A DNA stretch of 64,000 nt, from the NCBI GenBank assembly GCA_003427395.1, contig BFEA01000024.1, positions 1,379,400-1,443,399 on the forward strand. Direction: 5' to 3'. How positions within the stretch are numbered: the stretch's first letter is position 1; each line of letters begins with the position of its first letter. Under the pieces are notes generated by a model. It searched no databases and was not told the DNA's origin. It saw only the letters and a program-made list of their open reading frames with translations. Position numbers and translations under genes: made by a program. Positions 24,291 through 37,840 of the stretch are shown piece after piece. The DNA comes from Chara braunii (Eukaryota; Plantae; Charophyceae).

Positions 24291-24942
24291 TCCAAAGTCG
24301 TCAATGCATTCGCACTACCCTGCACCTCTCCCTCCATCTTCACGACGAGCAATGTGTTGCCCACCACTCTTTCGCTCGCTGGCGCCCTTGTTCCGTTGTC
24401 TCCACGTGGACAGGGATGGTAGCAACATTCTCCACGTTTCATAGAATCGTGACATGCTCACTCAGCTATGGTGGGCCACAGGATTGTCACGAACGCCCCA
24501 AATATGAATGTGGAACTTGTTAGCGACGTCGCGTGGGACGACCGTTACAGTTGGCACTATGCTGACCTATGTTCCAATGCCCGCCTATTAAGCCATGGCC
24601 GCCAATACTCCTCCCCACAAACGTTTTGCTCCAGTGCACTCCAGCCGCTTGGATGCCTCCGGCACGGATGCGTCACAACGAAGGTTTCGAAATTGGAAAT
24701 TTGAACCGGGATGTTCGCGCCGTTGTTTTTTTCCAGCCCGGTAGGCCTCCCTGCCACCGCCACAGGACCATGCCCGCCACGATGACGAACATTCACCCCC
24801 GCGGCCGTGTATATGCGCATGAAATTGGCCGCGGGAGACTCCCAAGGGTTTTCCTTGGGACCCATTCAATTACGACACGGTGTAACGACGAACGCCGAAA
24901 ACCGTTAAATTTTCCGAGGACTTCCTCCTAATTCGTGAGGAT

Positions 24943-24957
24943 TTTCCAAGGAGGGTC
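24943..24957. repeat. Harbinger terminal inverted repeat followed by TAA target
   Basis: TTTCCAAGGAGGGTC|TAA, identical at 52717-52734. TAA/TTA is the PIF/Harbinger target. Confidence 0.75.
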
Positions 24958-25993
24958 TAACGAGGCTTTGTGTCTCTGTATAACGCAAGTTGTCACATAA
25001 TGGATGTGCGCTGGATGCTGGAGTCTGTGCCATCACCCAATAAGAACAAGTCACTTCGGAAATGAAGCAATCAATTATTATTGGGGCATGGCCGAAACTA
25101 CCGTCCTTGCTCTCGAACTAGATGAGTGCAGCCGCTCGGGTTCTTAAGGACGGGGCGGTGTAGCATCCTCGCTGCGGTTCGGGTTCAGAGGGGGCGATGT
25201 AGCATCTTTGCAGCTGCTCATGGGCCTAAAGGCCCGTCCTTTATATCCCTGGGCCACGGAGGCCGCGCAGCCCATTTTTGCGGCATGACGTGCATGGCTG
25301 TGACCACATTTTTAGGACATGGCTTGGTTCATTGACTTCTGGGTTGCTTCACATTATTCACACAACAACATTCTTTATTTTATTATTATGCTTGTTGTTT
25401 CTGAGCTTCAGAGTAGGACTTATTTTCGCCCGTTCTATCTGTGTCGGTGACGTTTCGGATCATCCTGTCCGAATAGGCTTGCGCCTGTTCGGACTAGTAG
25501 ACTTTGATCAGGCTGAGGTTTAGGCCAGATACAGTTTTGTCCCAGGGTTAGAGCCTGGACGTCCTGTAGTGAACAGGCAGTCCGTTAGAGGTCCTAGAGG
25601 GAGGACCAGGACTCTGGCCTACTATCAGGGCCGTCGATCACAGGATAGATTGGATGGTTCAGATCATAGGCCTCGGGACCCAACAACAGTCTTAGCGGTA
25701 CTTAACTAGAACCAGCCCAGCACTTGGCATTCAGTCTTCCACGAGTGTGTTGGGCGATGGGTTGAGGAGAGCAGCGTTAGGCTGGTCCAGGAGCACTTTT
25801 CCGGCTGGAGTGGGACTGAGGGGGAGTAGGAGGTGTAGAGGGTGGAGGCTGGAGAGCCTGGCTGTGGTAGGAGCAAACACTTACCTGAGCGCCATAGCTG
25901 ACCGCCGCGCTAGCGACCTGTAGCAGAGGACAACATCTCCACGGTCAACAATCAGGTATCATCATCAGCATGTCGGTGTGTGTGCATGTGTGT

Positions 25994-25994
<1 letters not shown>

Positions 25995-26046
<52 letters not shown>
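25995..26046 (+). repeat. (GA)n microsatellite
   Basis: Seen directly. Confidence 0.95.
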
Positions 26047-26049
<3 letters not shown>

Positions 26050-26444
26050 GTGACGGTTTTTGGGGCTGATCTGATTCAACATTTTTTTGAGGACAGACGT
26101 TGGTTGGATATTGGACGGGGAGACTATTTCTTGGACGACAATGTGTTTCACCCTTGTCTTCGCTTCCCCCTCCATCTTCGTCTCTCCTCCCCTCTCCATC
26201 ATCCCTGGTCTTTCCCCATGTGGGTGTGCAAGGAAGGACTTTTCTTCCGTGTATGATTGCCCTGCTTGCTGTGTGACCCGCGTGATGATGATTGTGTGAG
26301 TCAAGTCTGGAGTTGATGTGTCACGTCATATCCTTGCGTCTTCGACTGTTGCTATATCACATTATATCGTTTTGTTTTGAGCCCTGTTCATCACACTGGC
26401 GCTCCTTCGACATGTGCATCGCTTATCTTCAGGTGAGCATGCAT

Positions 26445-26900
26445 CAGTTTGGCATCGGGGCCTCTGTAGTAAATAGCACAAACGGTTCTAAGTAGAACCA
26501 CTGGAGGTGGTGACAATGGAGAAACTTCAACACTTTAAGCGTGGCTCCTTGAGCAGCAACGAGTGGATCACGGAGTAGCAACGCTTGGCGAATACTCTGA
26601 AGGTCCCGGTGCTGTTCCCCGGCCTCAAGTATAACTTCATCAACTCAATCAAGCTCTTACGCAAGTGTTGGAGACTCTCACCGATACGGCAACATTGTTG
26701 AATACGACTTCTTGGATTATTCAAACAAACATGACAGCTCGGAACGACCGACCACCGTTTGGATCCAGAGGCCCGAACAAGGGCCCCAAAGCCAGAAGCC
26801 TGTTGCCATGGTCGCCGACGTGGCGGCCGAATGTGATGACGACGTTGCTCCCGCCGATGAAGGGGATGCGATTTCAGCCGCCCGGGGTGCGGCATCTCCG
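26445..26900 (+). pseudogene. Retrotransposon PBS-like site and gag fragment
   Basis: TGGCATCGGGGCC (degenerate iMet PBS), then KLQHFKRGSLSSNEWITE*QRLA, resembling the Gypsy capsid L.Q.G..SV.EY motif. Confidence 0.45.
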
Positions 26901-26919
26901 CCCAAAGAATAAGACGTCG

Positions 26920-28951
26920 ACAACATTAAACTCTGGGACTGGGCAAACTTCTCAAGAACCTTGGACCAAGTATGGCCTTTCCGATACCACGTATTGGGTC
27001 CGGACCAAGTACTCATACAAGGAGGGATCTTGGAAAGGATTCTTTTTGGACTACATTAATTAAGAACTGGAGAAAGTTGCTCATTCCAGATAAGATACCC
27101 CCGACAAGATGAGAAGAGATCTATCAACAACCGTTATTCAATAATAGGTATATCAAAGATAATCAAGGTTGTGTCTTGCATTGTATGGACGCCCCTTGGA
27201 ATGGTTGGATTAAGAGGGAAATTATGAGGATTAAAGACGTAAGAAACCAAGACAGGAGGGACTGGTGTTCGCCTGATGAGCTTCATGATCGGCTTAAGTA
27301 TAGTCATCATCAGGCCGTAGCCCTTGATAATATAATTGAATTAATTCCCTTGGACTGGATCAGAATTTTAAGAAAAGGTCCTAAGCTTCTTGAGGGTGAT
27401 TGGGCCGCATTCCATAACCAAAAAGGGTTAATTGGGAATATAATTGAAATACATAATCCGAACCAAATATTACTCTCGCTATTTCTTGTACAAGAAGATG
27501 GAGTTCAAGTCAAAAGCCTAGATAATACCTTTTGGGCTTCTTCTGATCAACTCTTCCGGATTAGAATTTTGAAGGACAAGGAAAAATGGATTGCATTTAG
27601 GCCTAATACTTCCATTTCTCACCTTCCTTTCGACCCTCTTTTTTGGACGTGGTCGTCTTCTGGGGAACATGGAAACCGCCACCCAAGGAATCTCCATAAC
27701 CTATCAGTTAAAGCCACATATAGGATGCTTCGACCTAGGATAAACCTAAGGGACGCATTGACGAAAGATGGCATAAGAAGTTGAACGTGAGTAAGGACAA
27801 TTTGAGAAGGATTAAGTGGTTCCAACCAACCAGAACCAAACCTGCTAATATAGTCTCCCTACAATAACAAATTGTTCATAGATGTCTCCCCACAAATGAT
27901 TGGATTATTGATAGGACATCGTTGGAACAGAAGGGATTAGCCTTTCCATGGTGCAAACTATGTAAATCAGCGTTTCCTTCTAAACTCATTCCTAAAACGA
28001 TTGAGCATATCTTCCTGCAATGTCCAGGGTCGCTCTGGATGTGGAGATGGTGGGTTAGGATATGGAACCAGATGGGTACATCCCAGCTGGGTACATCCCA
28101 GGCGTGGCCGTGGGACTGGAAAACCCTTCTTCTGGATTGTTGGCATCCCGACCAAGAGGATGAATTTACTACTAATCTATTCTCAATAAGTAGAAAAACC
28201 ATTATCTGGGCTATTTGGACAAGAAGATGCACCTTTGAAATGGATGGCGCCCGATTGGATGGACCGGATTTTACAGATTTTATCAAACAAGATATTAAAA
28301 CAATAATTTCGGTCAATTGGCAACAATTAAAAGAAAAATTGCTTCACTTTTCCTTACGAAATTATATCTAGCATCAAATCAATCTCTTCAACAAATGTTG
28401 GTTGGGCGGAGACCGAGGAGGGAGGCTGGGTAAAGTAATTTGGGAAGAAGGACACACTAACTCTCAGGAGCTTATCAAGAGGAATTATCAGCTGATATTT
28501 CATGACTGGAGTTCTGTAGACCCTTCGATTCCCCTCAGTCCTGTCTCTGAGTTTCCGGACTTCTTTCCCGCTCCAAGCAACTGTTTAGTCCCTGCTTCTT
28601 GGAATGGATAGCTCCTTGGTAGTCCTTAAGAGAAAGATTTCTTCTTTTGGGGTATTCTGAAAATGAATGAGGATATGTGCTTGTTTTGCAAGTTCTTGTT
28701 GGCGCCCAGGATGGGTGAAGAGGCATTAGACTCATCTATTTTGGACCTGGAAGGAAGAGGGTACTGACCGGTTTTCTTGGATCAATGTTACTCTTATGTT
28801 ATTGTACTCAAGGGGACGCTGGACCCGCTTTCCAGCAGGTGTTGCTCCCCACCAATAGATTGGAGCCCTCCGTGAATCAGGAAGGAGTGTATGCTCTTAC
28901 CATCACTCCTTCCTGTGAATACGGGGTTTTCATTTAAAAAAAAAAAAAAAA
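26920..28951 (+). mobile_element. 5'-truncated L1-type LINE with poly(A) tail
   Basis: zf-RVT-like CKLC...TIEHIFLQC..S..MW and IIWAIWTRRC, LSVKATYRML. A-tract at 28936-28951. 5' boundary approximate. Confidence 0.85.
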
Positions 28952-29440
28952 GGTTGCATCGCATGGACTCCCCATGGAGCGTGCTCCACATCCTAGATTT
29001 CTCAGCTTTCTTTCTATTGCAGAGTTCCGCTGCTTTTGCAGATAGCGTGTTTATGGCTCTTGCGATCCATTACAGGTCTGAGGATCGTGCAACGGGCCTC
29101 CATCTGCCCTGGCCTACAACCAGAGCCTATTTGGCTATTTGCCAGTTCGACCTGTGGGACCAGGCCGTGGCCTGACCCCACAGGCCGTATGCTGTTCCAG
29201 TCCTGCCCGGTACCACTGTCGGTACCAGGGCAGTCCAGTCCAGTCAGTCAGTCCGCTGGGGGTATACCCCAGCTGTTGTCTGTTTTTCGTCATTTATCAT
29301 TTTTGACACTTGTTGGAGTACGTGCGGTGTTGAGTCTGCGTCGGAGCTGCGCTGTCCCTTCCAGCTTCATCTCCACTTCCTCCTTTCCCTACCCCTTCGT
29401 CTCCATCCTGTCAGACCACTATCCCGACGGGTCCGGCACA
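28952..29440 (+). mobile_element. 3' end of Gypsy D, a relative of C: conserved pre-LTR segment plus LTR 29088-29440
   Basis: GGTTGCATCGCATGGACTC...GAGGATCG|TG matches 41681-41821. LTR shares GTCGGTACCAG..CAGTCCAGTCCAGTCAGTC..GGGGTATACCCCAGC and ends GGGTCCGGCACA. Confidence 0.8.
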
Positions 29441-31035
29441 ACGCTCCGCTGCTGCCTTGCTGCCTGTCCCGCTTGCTTTGCGTGTGGCTCTCTACAAATT
29501 GTTGTGTTCGCTGCGTGGTGTGACCGTGTTGTTGGTGTTGCCTTGCACTTCGCTGCTTCGCTGTTGTGCGGCTCATCCGCTGGTCGTGCCTTCCGTGTGT
29601 GCTGCTTGTGTGCCCCGTAGGTTGGTTGCCTTGGTGTTGGTGCCTTGTGCTCCACTCCTCGGTTGCCGAGCTGGTGGTCCACTCGCCCTGTCGTCCCTTG
29701 CAGTGTGGCTACCCTGCTTGTGTTGCCTTGTGCTTCACTGCATGGTTGTCGCGCTGCATGTCTTGCGTGCCATGTCGTTCCTGGTGTTGTGCAGCCATGC
29801 TGCTTCTACTGTGTTGCCTGGTGCTCCATGGGGTTGCTGTCCGCTGTTATGTTCCGCTTGAGGACAGTCTGCCTTCAACAAGGGTCAAAGGGTTCATGAC
29901 CCAAACCATCAAATATGGAGATTCTGTAGATTGTCGAGGGTTCAGCCTCCTGATGAGTCGGTGCAACTTCGAAGAAACAATATATCATCATCAGTTTTTA
30001 TTTATTTATTCTCCGTCTTTGTTTCTTGCCGTGTGCTGTTTGTTTGCCCACCGTCCTCCCCTCTACCCTACAGCCTGTCCTTTGCTGTTTTCTATTCTTC
30101 TGACCGCTTTGCTGTTTTTCGATACTTGTACTTATGCCCTCCCGGCCCCCCCATACATTTCAGCCTATGTGCTGCCTCACTGCTTGTTCCTCCTCTCATG
30201 CCTCTAAGTTCATGTGCCTCCCCAATGTGTTTCAACCTATGTGCTGCCTCGTTGTTTGTTCCTCCTCTCGTGCCTCTTAAGTTCATGTGTCGTGTTGTGG
30301 TTTGTCATGCTATGGTATTGGTACCCTGCCTTTTGCCTCGCTGTCCTTTGCCTTCCCCCCTTCCCTCCATTTGTTTGTGGAGTGTTAGTGCATGTGTTCT
30401 GGTCTGTCTGAAAAAGAGGAGGCGCCACCCACCCCCCTCACTTTGTTTTACTGCTTTCGTATATTTGACTGCTTTCGACTTTACGACCCTTTAAATAAGT
30501 ACCCTCACCACAAATGGACACACGAATGGTTTTACCCCGCCGCGTTGAAAAATTGGCCCCCGCGCTTTGCATCTTGCCCACAATGTGCCGACGTGTCTGG
30601 TCGGAGCAGCACGGGCATGACGTGTCGTACTCGTGCGAAACTCATGTGACACACACATGCTACNNNNNNNNNNNNNNNNNNNNNNNNNNNNNNNNNNNNN
30701 NNNNNNNNNNNNNNNNNNNNNNNNNNNNNNNNNNNNNNNNNNNNNNNNNNNNNNNNNNNNNNNNNNNNNNNNNNNNNNNNNNNNNNNNNNNNNNNNNNNN
30801 NNNNNNNNNNNACACACATACAAACGCGCGCACACACACACACACACTCACACACACGCACACACACATGCGTGCCCACATACACACACACACACACACA
30901 CGCACGCACACACACACACATACTGACATAGACACACACACACACCCCCACACGCACACACTCACAAATTATCGCATTCATTTTTTTATTTTATTTTCTG
31001 ATCAATCAATCAATCCATCAATCAATCAACCAATC

Positions 31036-31082
<47 letters not shown>

Positions 31083-31086
31083 GTCA

Positions 31087-33247
31087 AATAGGGGTATAGT
31101 GGGCTCACACTAGGCAGAGAAGGTATACCTAACAGTTCCCTGCCTCTTGAACCTCGCCTAGGTTCCGGCAGAGCTCCCGCAATCGGTGGGGCGAATCTCC
31201 CACAAAGGTCTTGGCACGAATTAAGGGTTTCGAATCCCGTCTGCCGCCTTCCTCTCGTAACCAATAGACTAGACTGAGAGTAAGAATGGCAGAAGACGAA
31301 TAGTTGGACTCTCACGGTGCAAGAAGGGAACAAACTCAACTCGCATGAGAGAGCCTTGGTGCCTTGATGCACCCAAGGGCCCCGTAATGATGGTCAAAAG
31401 TCATAGTCAGATGGCCAAACCGAAGCCGAGACACCAAGCAACTGCCCCTGATAAACCTCTAAGTTGTTGTTGTAACCCCCTTGCAGAGCCTGATTACCTC
31501 CCTAAGGCCACAATCCCTCACCCCGAGACGAAATGCAACACTACGTAGCAAAACGTAGTGTGCACAGCAGCAGGCTTGCACAATAAACGGCGCAGCTGGC
31601 GAAAATGCACGCATTGCACGGTAACGACATATCCTCAATCATAGCTGGATCAAGAACAACCATCAACCTCCAAGTATCAGCAAGACTTGAAGTAACCGCT
31701 CCAACCCACAAAACGCACGCTATTCCCTGCATGAGGGTATAAGCCGTAGGCCGATATGTCAAGGCCAAGCCTAAGAAACAAGGCTGGTATGGTTGCAACA
31801 GCAACAACAGCAGCTTCGAAGACTAACAACCCGACACGAACAAGGGTGGTCATGGTCTGATTACCCAACAACTTTCTTCTAATAGTTGCAACCGGATAGC
31901 ACACCAACAATCCTCCGCAGTATTACCGACAATTTGTATAATAACAAAATGTTCAATGCAACAAACAAAACCCAACAAAAATACAGTGCAACACCGCTCC
32001 AGTACTCAACAATAGCAGTAGAAACGACATAGCAAAAACAACAGTAGAAACTCAAAAGTAACCTCGGTAAAGCACAAATCTAGCCTCAACAACCTCACTC
32101 TATTGTGCTGGCCTCAACAACTACTGCGAGTCCTGAGCTTTCGAGAATAACCACAGACATATGGGGAAGATCATGAGTATAATCGAGGACACTGATCGAG
32201 ACGGGACTCAATGAAAGCAGCCATCGTTATTACGTTCCTCTCTCTGGTATTCACCAAATGTACAGTATGAGAATGAATCTTCCGCTAGATAGTAGCTAGA
32301 TCCACACAAAGGGATCTCGCTGAATATCACAATGATATAGAAGACGAGCTTTATGATGAAAATCCCGACGACGGTTTTCGACTCAACAACACGTTCATTA
32401 GGAATACTTCAACGATGGACTGCACCCAACGCTCCACTCTCAAAATGAGAATGAATCTCACAGGGATCGTGGGAGAATGCGTCATTGCCCTCACTCTGCT
32501 TCGCCCTGCTCTCTTCCTCTAATGAACCTTGTTAGCACCTCGGTCAGGTGAGTGCACCCCAAAACCCCCACACATAGTCGAGCGCTGAGCAAACGAGCAC
32601 GTCAATCAGAACCCACTATCCAAAGTTCCTCCTGCCTGTAATCGTGGCTTTCGTGCCCAACCTTGTTTTGTCATACCGCCCGAACTAAACCTGTAACCCA
32701 AAATTTGAATCCGTAGTTCAACTAGTGAGGTGCCAAAACCCCCAAACTGAATCTTAGTTCGCTCGATCTCATCGATGAACGAGCGAGCTGTGCATTTTTC
32801 AATCCGTCATACCCTCTCCTTGTTCTGTTCGATTTCGCCTTTCCTCTCCCTCGACTAGTGCTCACTGGCGACTCTCTGTCCCAACAACTCCTGCTATCCT
32901 GAGGGAAACCTCGAAGGAGCTATTACGTGATCCAATCAACCTTTACTCCCTATACCCAAGTCCAACGGATGCTTGCATGTCAATATCATCGCGAGCGCCC
33001 GCCATCTTTTGGGTCCTAGTTAGCCATGCGCACACTCGAACTTCTCACAACGGATCTTGGTCGGCGGACAGTGCACCCGCCACTTGGGTAAGCACCTCGA
33101 CTTCCTTACGCCTCCAATCCGTTTCATCTCGTTGTCGATACTTCGCTCGTACAATCACTTTCCACCCACCCGTACCTGGTCGTAAATAATGATCAAAATC
33201 ACCAAGTCCACAATAAAAAAGAAAAAGACGGGTTGGGTGATACTACA
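31087..33247 (-). repeat. Possible long LTR or retroelement non-coding segment
   Basis: Starts TGTAGTATCACC on the minus strand and has no coding signal for 2 kb. No partner copy in the window. Confidence 0.25.
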
Positions 33248-34228
33248 GAAGTAGGATGGCTACCACGCGCTCGAAACGACGACTATGTGGAGCAATCCTG
33301 TATCATGACTGTGGCGACTAGCATGAGGGCGAATACTTGAATCAGCGACACCATAGCGAATACGGCGGGGATCAGCTTGATAACATACATGGTGATAATA
33401 ACTAGGAACAAGCAACGGGATCGCCGCCTCAAAATGAGCAAAAGGAAAATAAATATTCCGCTAGAACATAGGAAGGTATGCTACCACCATCATGGCCAGG
33501 TAAGTAGCTCACTTCCTCCTTTTCACCTCCTTCTAGTCCCTCTCTGTCGTTGCCCATGGTCGAGCCCCTCCTTCTCTTGTGTTGACGTCAGCTCGATCGG
33601 GGTGAGTTATTCCTTAGTGCTCCCGCCTATCAAGTGTCCGCACATACTCACAAAAAAAAGGAAAAAAATATTTGCTTTCGACTTATGCATGTCATCCTTG
33701 CTAATCTTCTCTGTATCGTTCAAATTTTAACGGATGTTCTGAAGGACAGTGTCGGGCCAAGGGCTGAAGATACCACCATTGAACTGACGGGCCTCAAATA
33801 CCCTAGATGCACGTCCCCACCATTTTGTTTCCACCCAGATTCAAACATAAGTAGACATTTCAACATTTCGAGGGTGTACCAACTGAGTTAGGTTCGTCGG
33901 TTTCAATACCGGTTCCGGAATTGGTACAGGAACTGGTACCGAGTTCCTAGAACCAGACCGAAAAGTAAAAGTTAGAAAAACAAAGGAAGGGGAAGGAATC
34001 TTTGGTACCTTCTCAATCTCAAATCCACGATCAGGACCATCAACAAAAACCGAGGGGGTAGCCTCGTCAGACCCTCAACCCCTCGTTGTTTTCTTTAAGA
34101 CGTCCCTTTGCTCCGTGTCGCTGCCTGCAGATCTCGATCTCCAAATCTACTGGTGAAAGTCCGACACCGTAATCAATAGTATTAGGCCCAAGGCTGGGAT
34201 AAGTTGTCACAGTTTCGGATATAAGTGG

Positions 34229-37200
34229 GTGTCGCACAACACACGGACCTACCGGTACACGATAAGGCCACATCTTGGCCTACCAGCAGCCACGGCCTCC
34301 GAACATTGGTCATATGGATGCCGCTTCTGTGCGGTTCACACGCCACTATTAAATGTACCAACCAAAATAAAAGATCACGTCCAGGAGTTCCTCGAGGATC
34401 GCTTCGGAGCCCGACATAACGTGACCGACGCCTTCGAGCGTATCGTCAGAACACGCTGGTCCGGCTCTAGTGGCGCTGCCGGCCTGGACCTCCACATCCA
34501 GGTCTTTCAGGACGCCCGTTTCATTTGCGATGTGGCGTTCCTCCTTGAGGCTGCCCTCATCGATCGCTTCTTGGCCAGCTTTCCCCTTGAGTACCGCTTC
34601 GAGTTATGGCCGTATGACTTCACATCGCCCCCGCAGGCTTACGAGGCCGCCAGGGCCCATCAGCGTATGTGGGCCCGTCTGCACCCCGCTTCCTCCTCCT
34701 AGCCTCAACGTACTGGTTACGTTCCGTCCTTCTCTCAAGGCACTTCCCAGCGCCGTTCCCCTTTCCACGATCATCCCCTTCGTTCCGTGCAGTAGGGCCG
34801 CCACTTCTCGCGCCGCTTCAGTGTGCTCAAGTATGGTGAGCAAGACGATGTTGCCCCGCCGTCGCCTGAGAGTGGCCATTGCGATGACGTCGATCTCTGC
34901 GAGGCTGTCCACTATCACCAGGAGAACTCTACCCTCCCTATAGCCGAGCGCCTCCAACTTGCCCTTTCCACCCTCTCTCGGAGACTCGGGCACGCAGCCA
35001 CTCTGGTCACGCTGGCTCGTCGCCCCTTGAGGTCCCTCAGCAGGACCTCCCTCAGGGCTTTCATCCCTCCTTGCGGTGTTATTTCCACTGAGGCGGCCAT
35101 TTTGGGCCCGCGTGGGTGTTTGTGTTGCCGCCAGGACGGTCATAAGACTCATAACTCCTCGCGGTGCCCTTACACCACTGCCCTCGACCGCCACTACGCT
35201 AAGCTTTCTCGCCAACGCCGTGCTCAGTCCCCGCCCGACGCCTCTGATCCCCGTGGCGCCTCCTAGCCACGGTGTAGTGTACACCTGCCCCCTCCTTAGC
35301 AGTCGACTTCCAGACGTCTCTGTCGCGATTTGCCCCTCTCGCCAGTGGAGTTCAGGTCTCGCAGGACCTGACAGAGTAGACTCAGCCCTCTGTCGTAGTA
35401 CCGTCTATGCCTCCGCAGACCACTGTCTCTCCTCCTACCTCTCCGTGATTACCGACGTGTCGAGCCATTCGCTCAACCCGTTGCAGCGAGCATTTTGCGA
35501 TTCGTAAGGACGTTGTGTCCTCCCTTCTGGACTTTAGCATGCTCCAAGCTCGTCAGGAGCGGCTCACCCTCCATGTCGCTGCACTGTGTCACCTTCTCGC
35601 CATCCTCTCTGACCTTGATCGCACCCTCCCGATCATTCCAGTACGACTTGGGACCTCCACGAGGGTGTACTTAGCATTGTGGGATTCCGGTTCTCAGGGC
35701 GACTTCATTCACCCACGACAGGGTCTCCGACTCCCATTTCTGTCACCCGAGGAGATGACAAGACCCAACGCTTCTTCGATCAGACGGTCACCGGCCTCCC
35801 TTTCTTCCTCAATCTCGATTCCATTGATCGTCTTCCGGCGTCTCGTTGCCACTGGTCCTCTGCACACTTCGATGTGATGGAGACGGGGTACGCTTTCATT
35901 CTCAGTACACCGTGGTCTCGTCGGTTCCGAAGCACCGAGGCCTATTGGGCGACCAACACTCTCGTTCTCAGAACGAAGTGTGGACAGATGTATCGCGTAC
36001 CTTTTATAGGTATCACTGCGACATCATGCCCCGATCCTCCTCCCCCGGAGCCTTCCGTGCCCACAACATCTTCTACTATCACCGTCACCTCGCCTCAGCA
36101 GTTTGCTCACTTCATTCGAGAAGACGACGTCACCTTATTTACGGAGAACGTTATGGATCTCTTGCACTATGATCCACCTTGTCCCGATGCCGAGCTCATC
36201 TCTCTGGAGTCAGATCCTCCTTCTATCTCCATGGATTTCATCTCTACTTCCCTCCCTCCGCTGTCCATCGAGTCCAACCCGTCGTCTCGCGCCGATGCTT
36301 ACGCTGAGGAACTCGCACGTTATACAACCGACCTGGAGCCCGCAGTTTGTTACCTCATTTGAGAGTACCACGACATTTTCCCATCATCGTTCTTGTTGCC
36401 GGCATCCCACCGATGCGATGCCGAGCACTCCATCCAGCTTGTGCCTGACTATCGTGTTCACCTCCAGACACCCTACAGACTCTCGATCCCCAAGGCCACC
36501 GAATTCGAACGTCGGCTTGAGGAGCTCCTGAGACTAGGTTTCATTAAACCAAGCAACTCCCCGTGGGATGCACCCGTCCTCTCTGCTCACAAAGTGGATG
36601 GAACGCTCCGTCTCTAAATCGATTATCATGGTCTCAACCACTACACGGTTAAGAACAACTACCCCATGCCTCGTTCCAACGAGTTGTTCGACCGCCTCGC
36701 AAGCAATTGCTTATTTGCGAAGACTGATCTTCATAGCGGTTATCATCAGATCCGCGTCGCTGCAGCAGACCAACCGAAGACAGCGTTCCTATTGCGCTAT
36801 GGCCACTATGAGTTTACGGTGATGCCATTTGGCATCGCTAACGCACCCGCTACCTTCCAAACGGCGATGGACGACATCCTCAGGGACATCCTTGAGCAGT
36901 ACGTTCTCGTCTACCTTCACGATATCCTGATCTACAGTCGTACCCTTGAGAAGCATCTCAGACACCTCCGCGACGTCCTTGACCGCTTGCGCAGACATGG
37001 CGTCTACGCCAAGTTGAGCAAGTGTCGCTTTGTCCAGCGCAAAGTGGATTTCTTAGGACACTACGTGTCTAACCTGGGTCTCCTGGACCATATGGACGAC
37101 TTGAAGATCACTGCTATCACAGACTCGCCTAACCCCAAGTCCGCCAAGCAGCTTCAAAATTTTCTTGGACTTACGAGTTATTACAGTAAGTTCATTCGAG

Positions 37201-37781
37201 TTTACGCCTTATACTCGCATGTCCTCACCTCTACCCTCCTTCGGAAGAACCAGTTATGGGTTTGGACACCCCTCCACGAGGACGCCTTCCACGCCCTCAA
37301 GAAGGCAGTGACATGTGCACCGGTTCTCCAACTACCCGATTTTGATCGCCCTTTTATCCTTACCACCAATGCGTCAGACAATGTATACCCCCGTACAAAT
37401 ACAGCCCGTCCGTATGTATGGGCCCCCCGGCGCCCGTACGGCCCGTACGTACGGACTTCGGGCTGTCCGTGCACGGCCTTCCGGAGGGGTGCTGAGGCGG
37501 TGCATGGGCTGGGGGGGGGTCGGGTGTCAAGGGGTACCCCCCCATTCAAAAAAACAGAAGAAAAAAAAAAGATTTTTTTTTTTTTTGTCCCGGGTGAAAA
37601 AAAAATAAAAATTGATTGATTGATTAATTCGTTGATTGATTGATTGATTGATTGTTTGATTGATTGGTTGATTGATTGATTGATTGATTGATTGATTAAT
37701 ATGTGCACATTGATTGATTGATTGATTGTTTGATTCATTGATTGATTGATTGATTGGCAGTGGGGGGGTCGCCTCCCCCCC

Positions 37782-37840
<59 letters not shown>
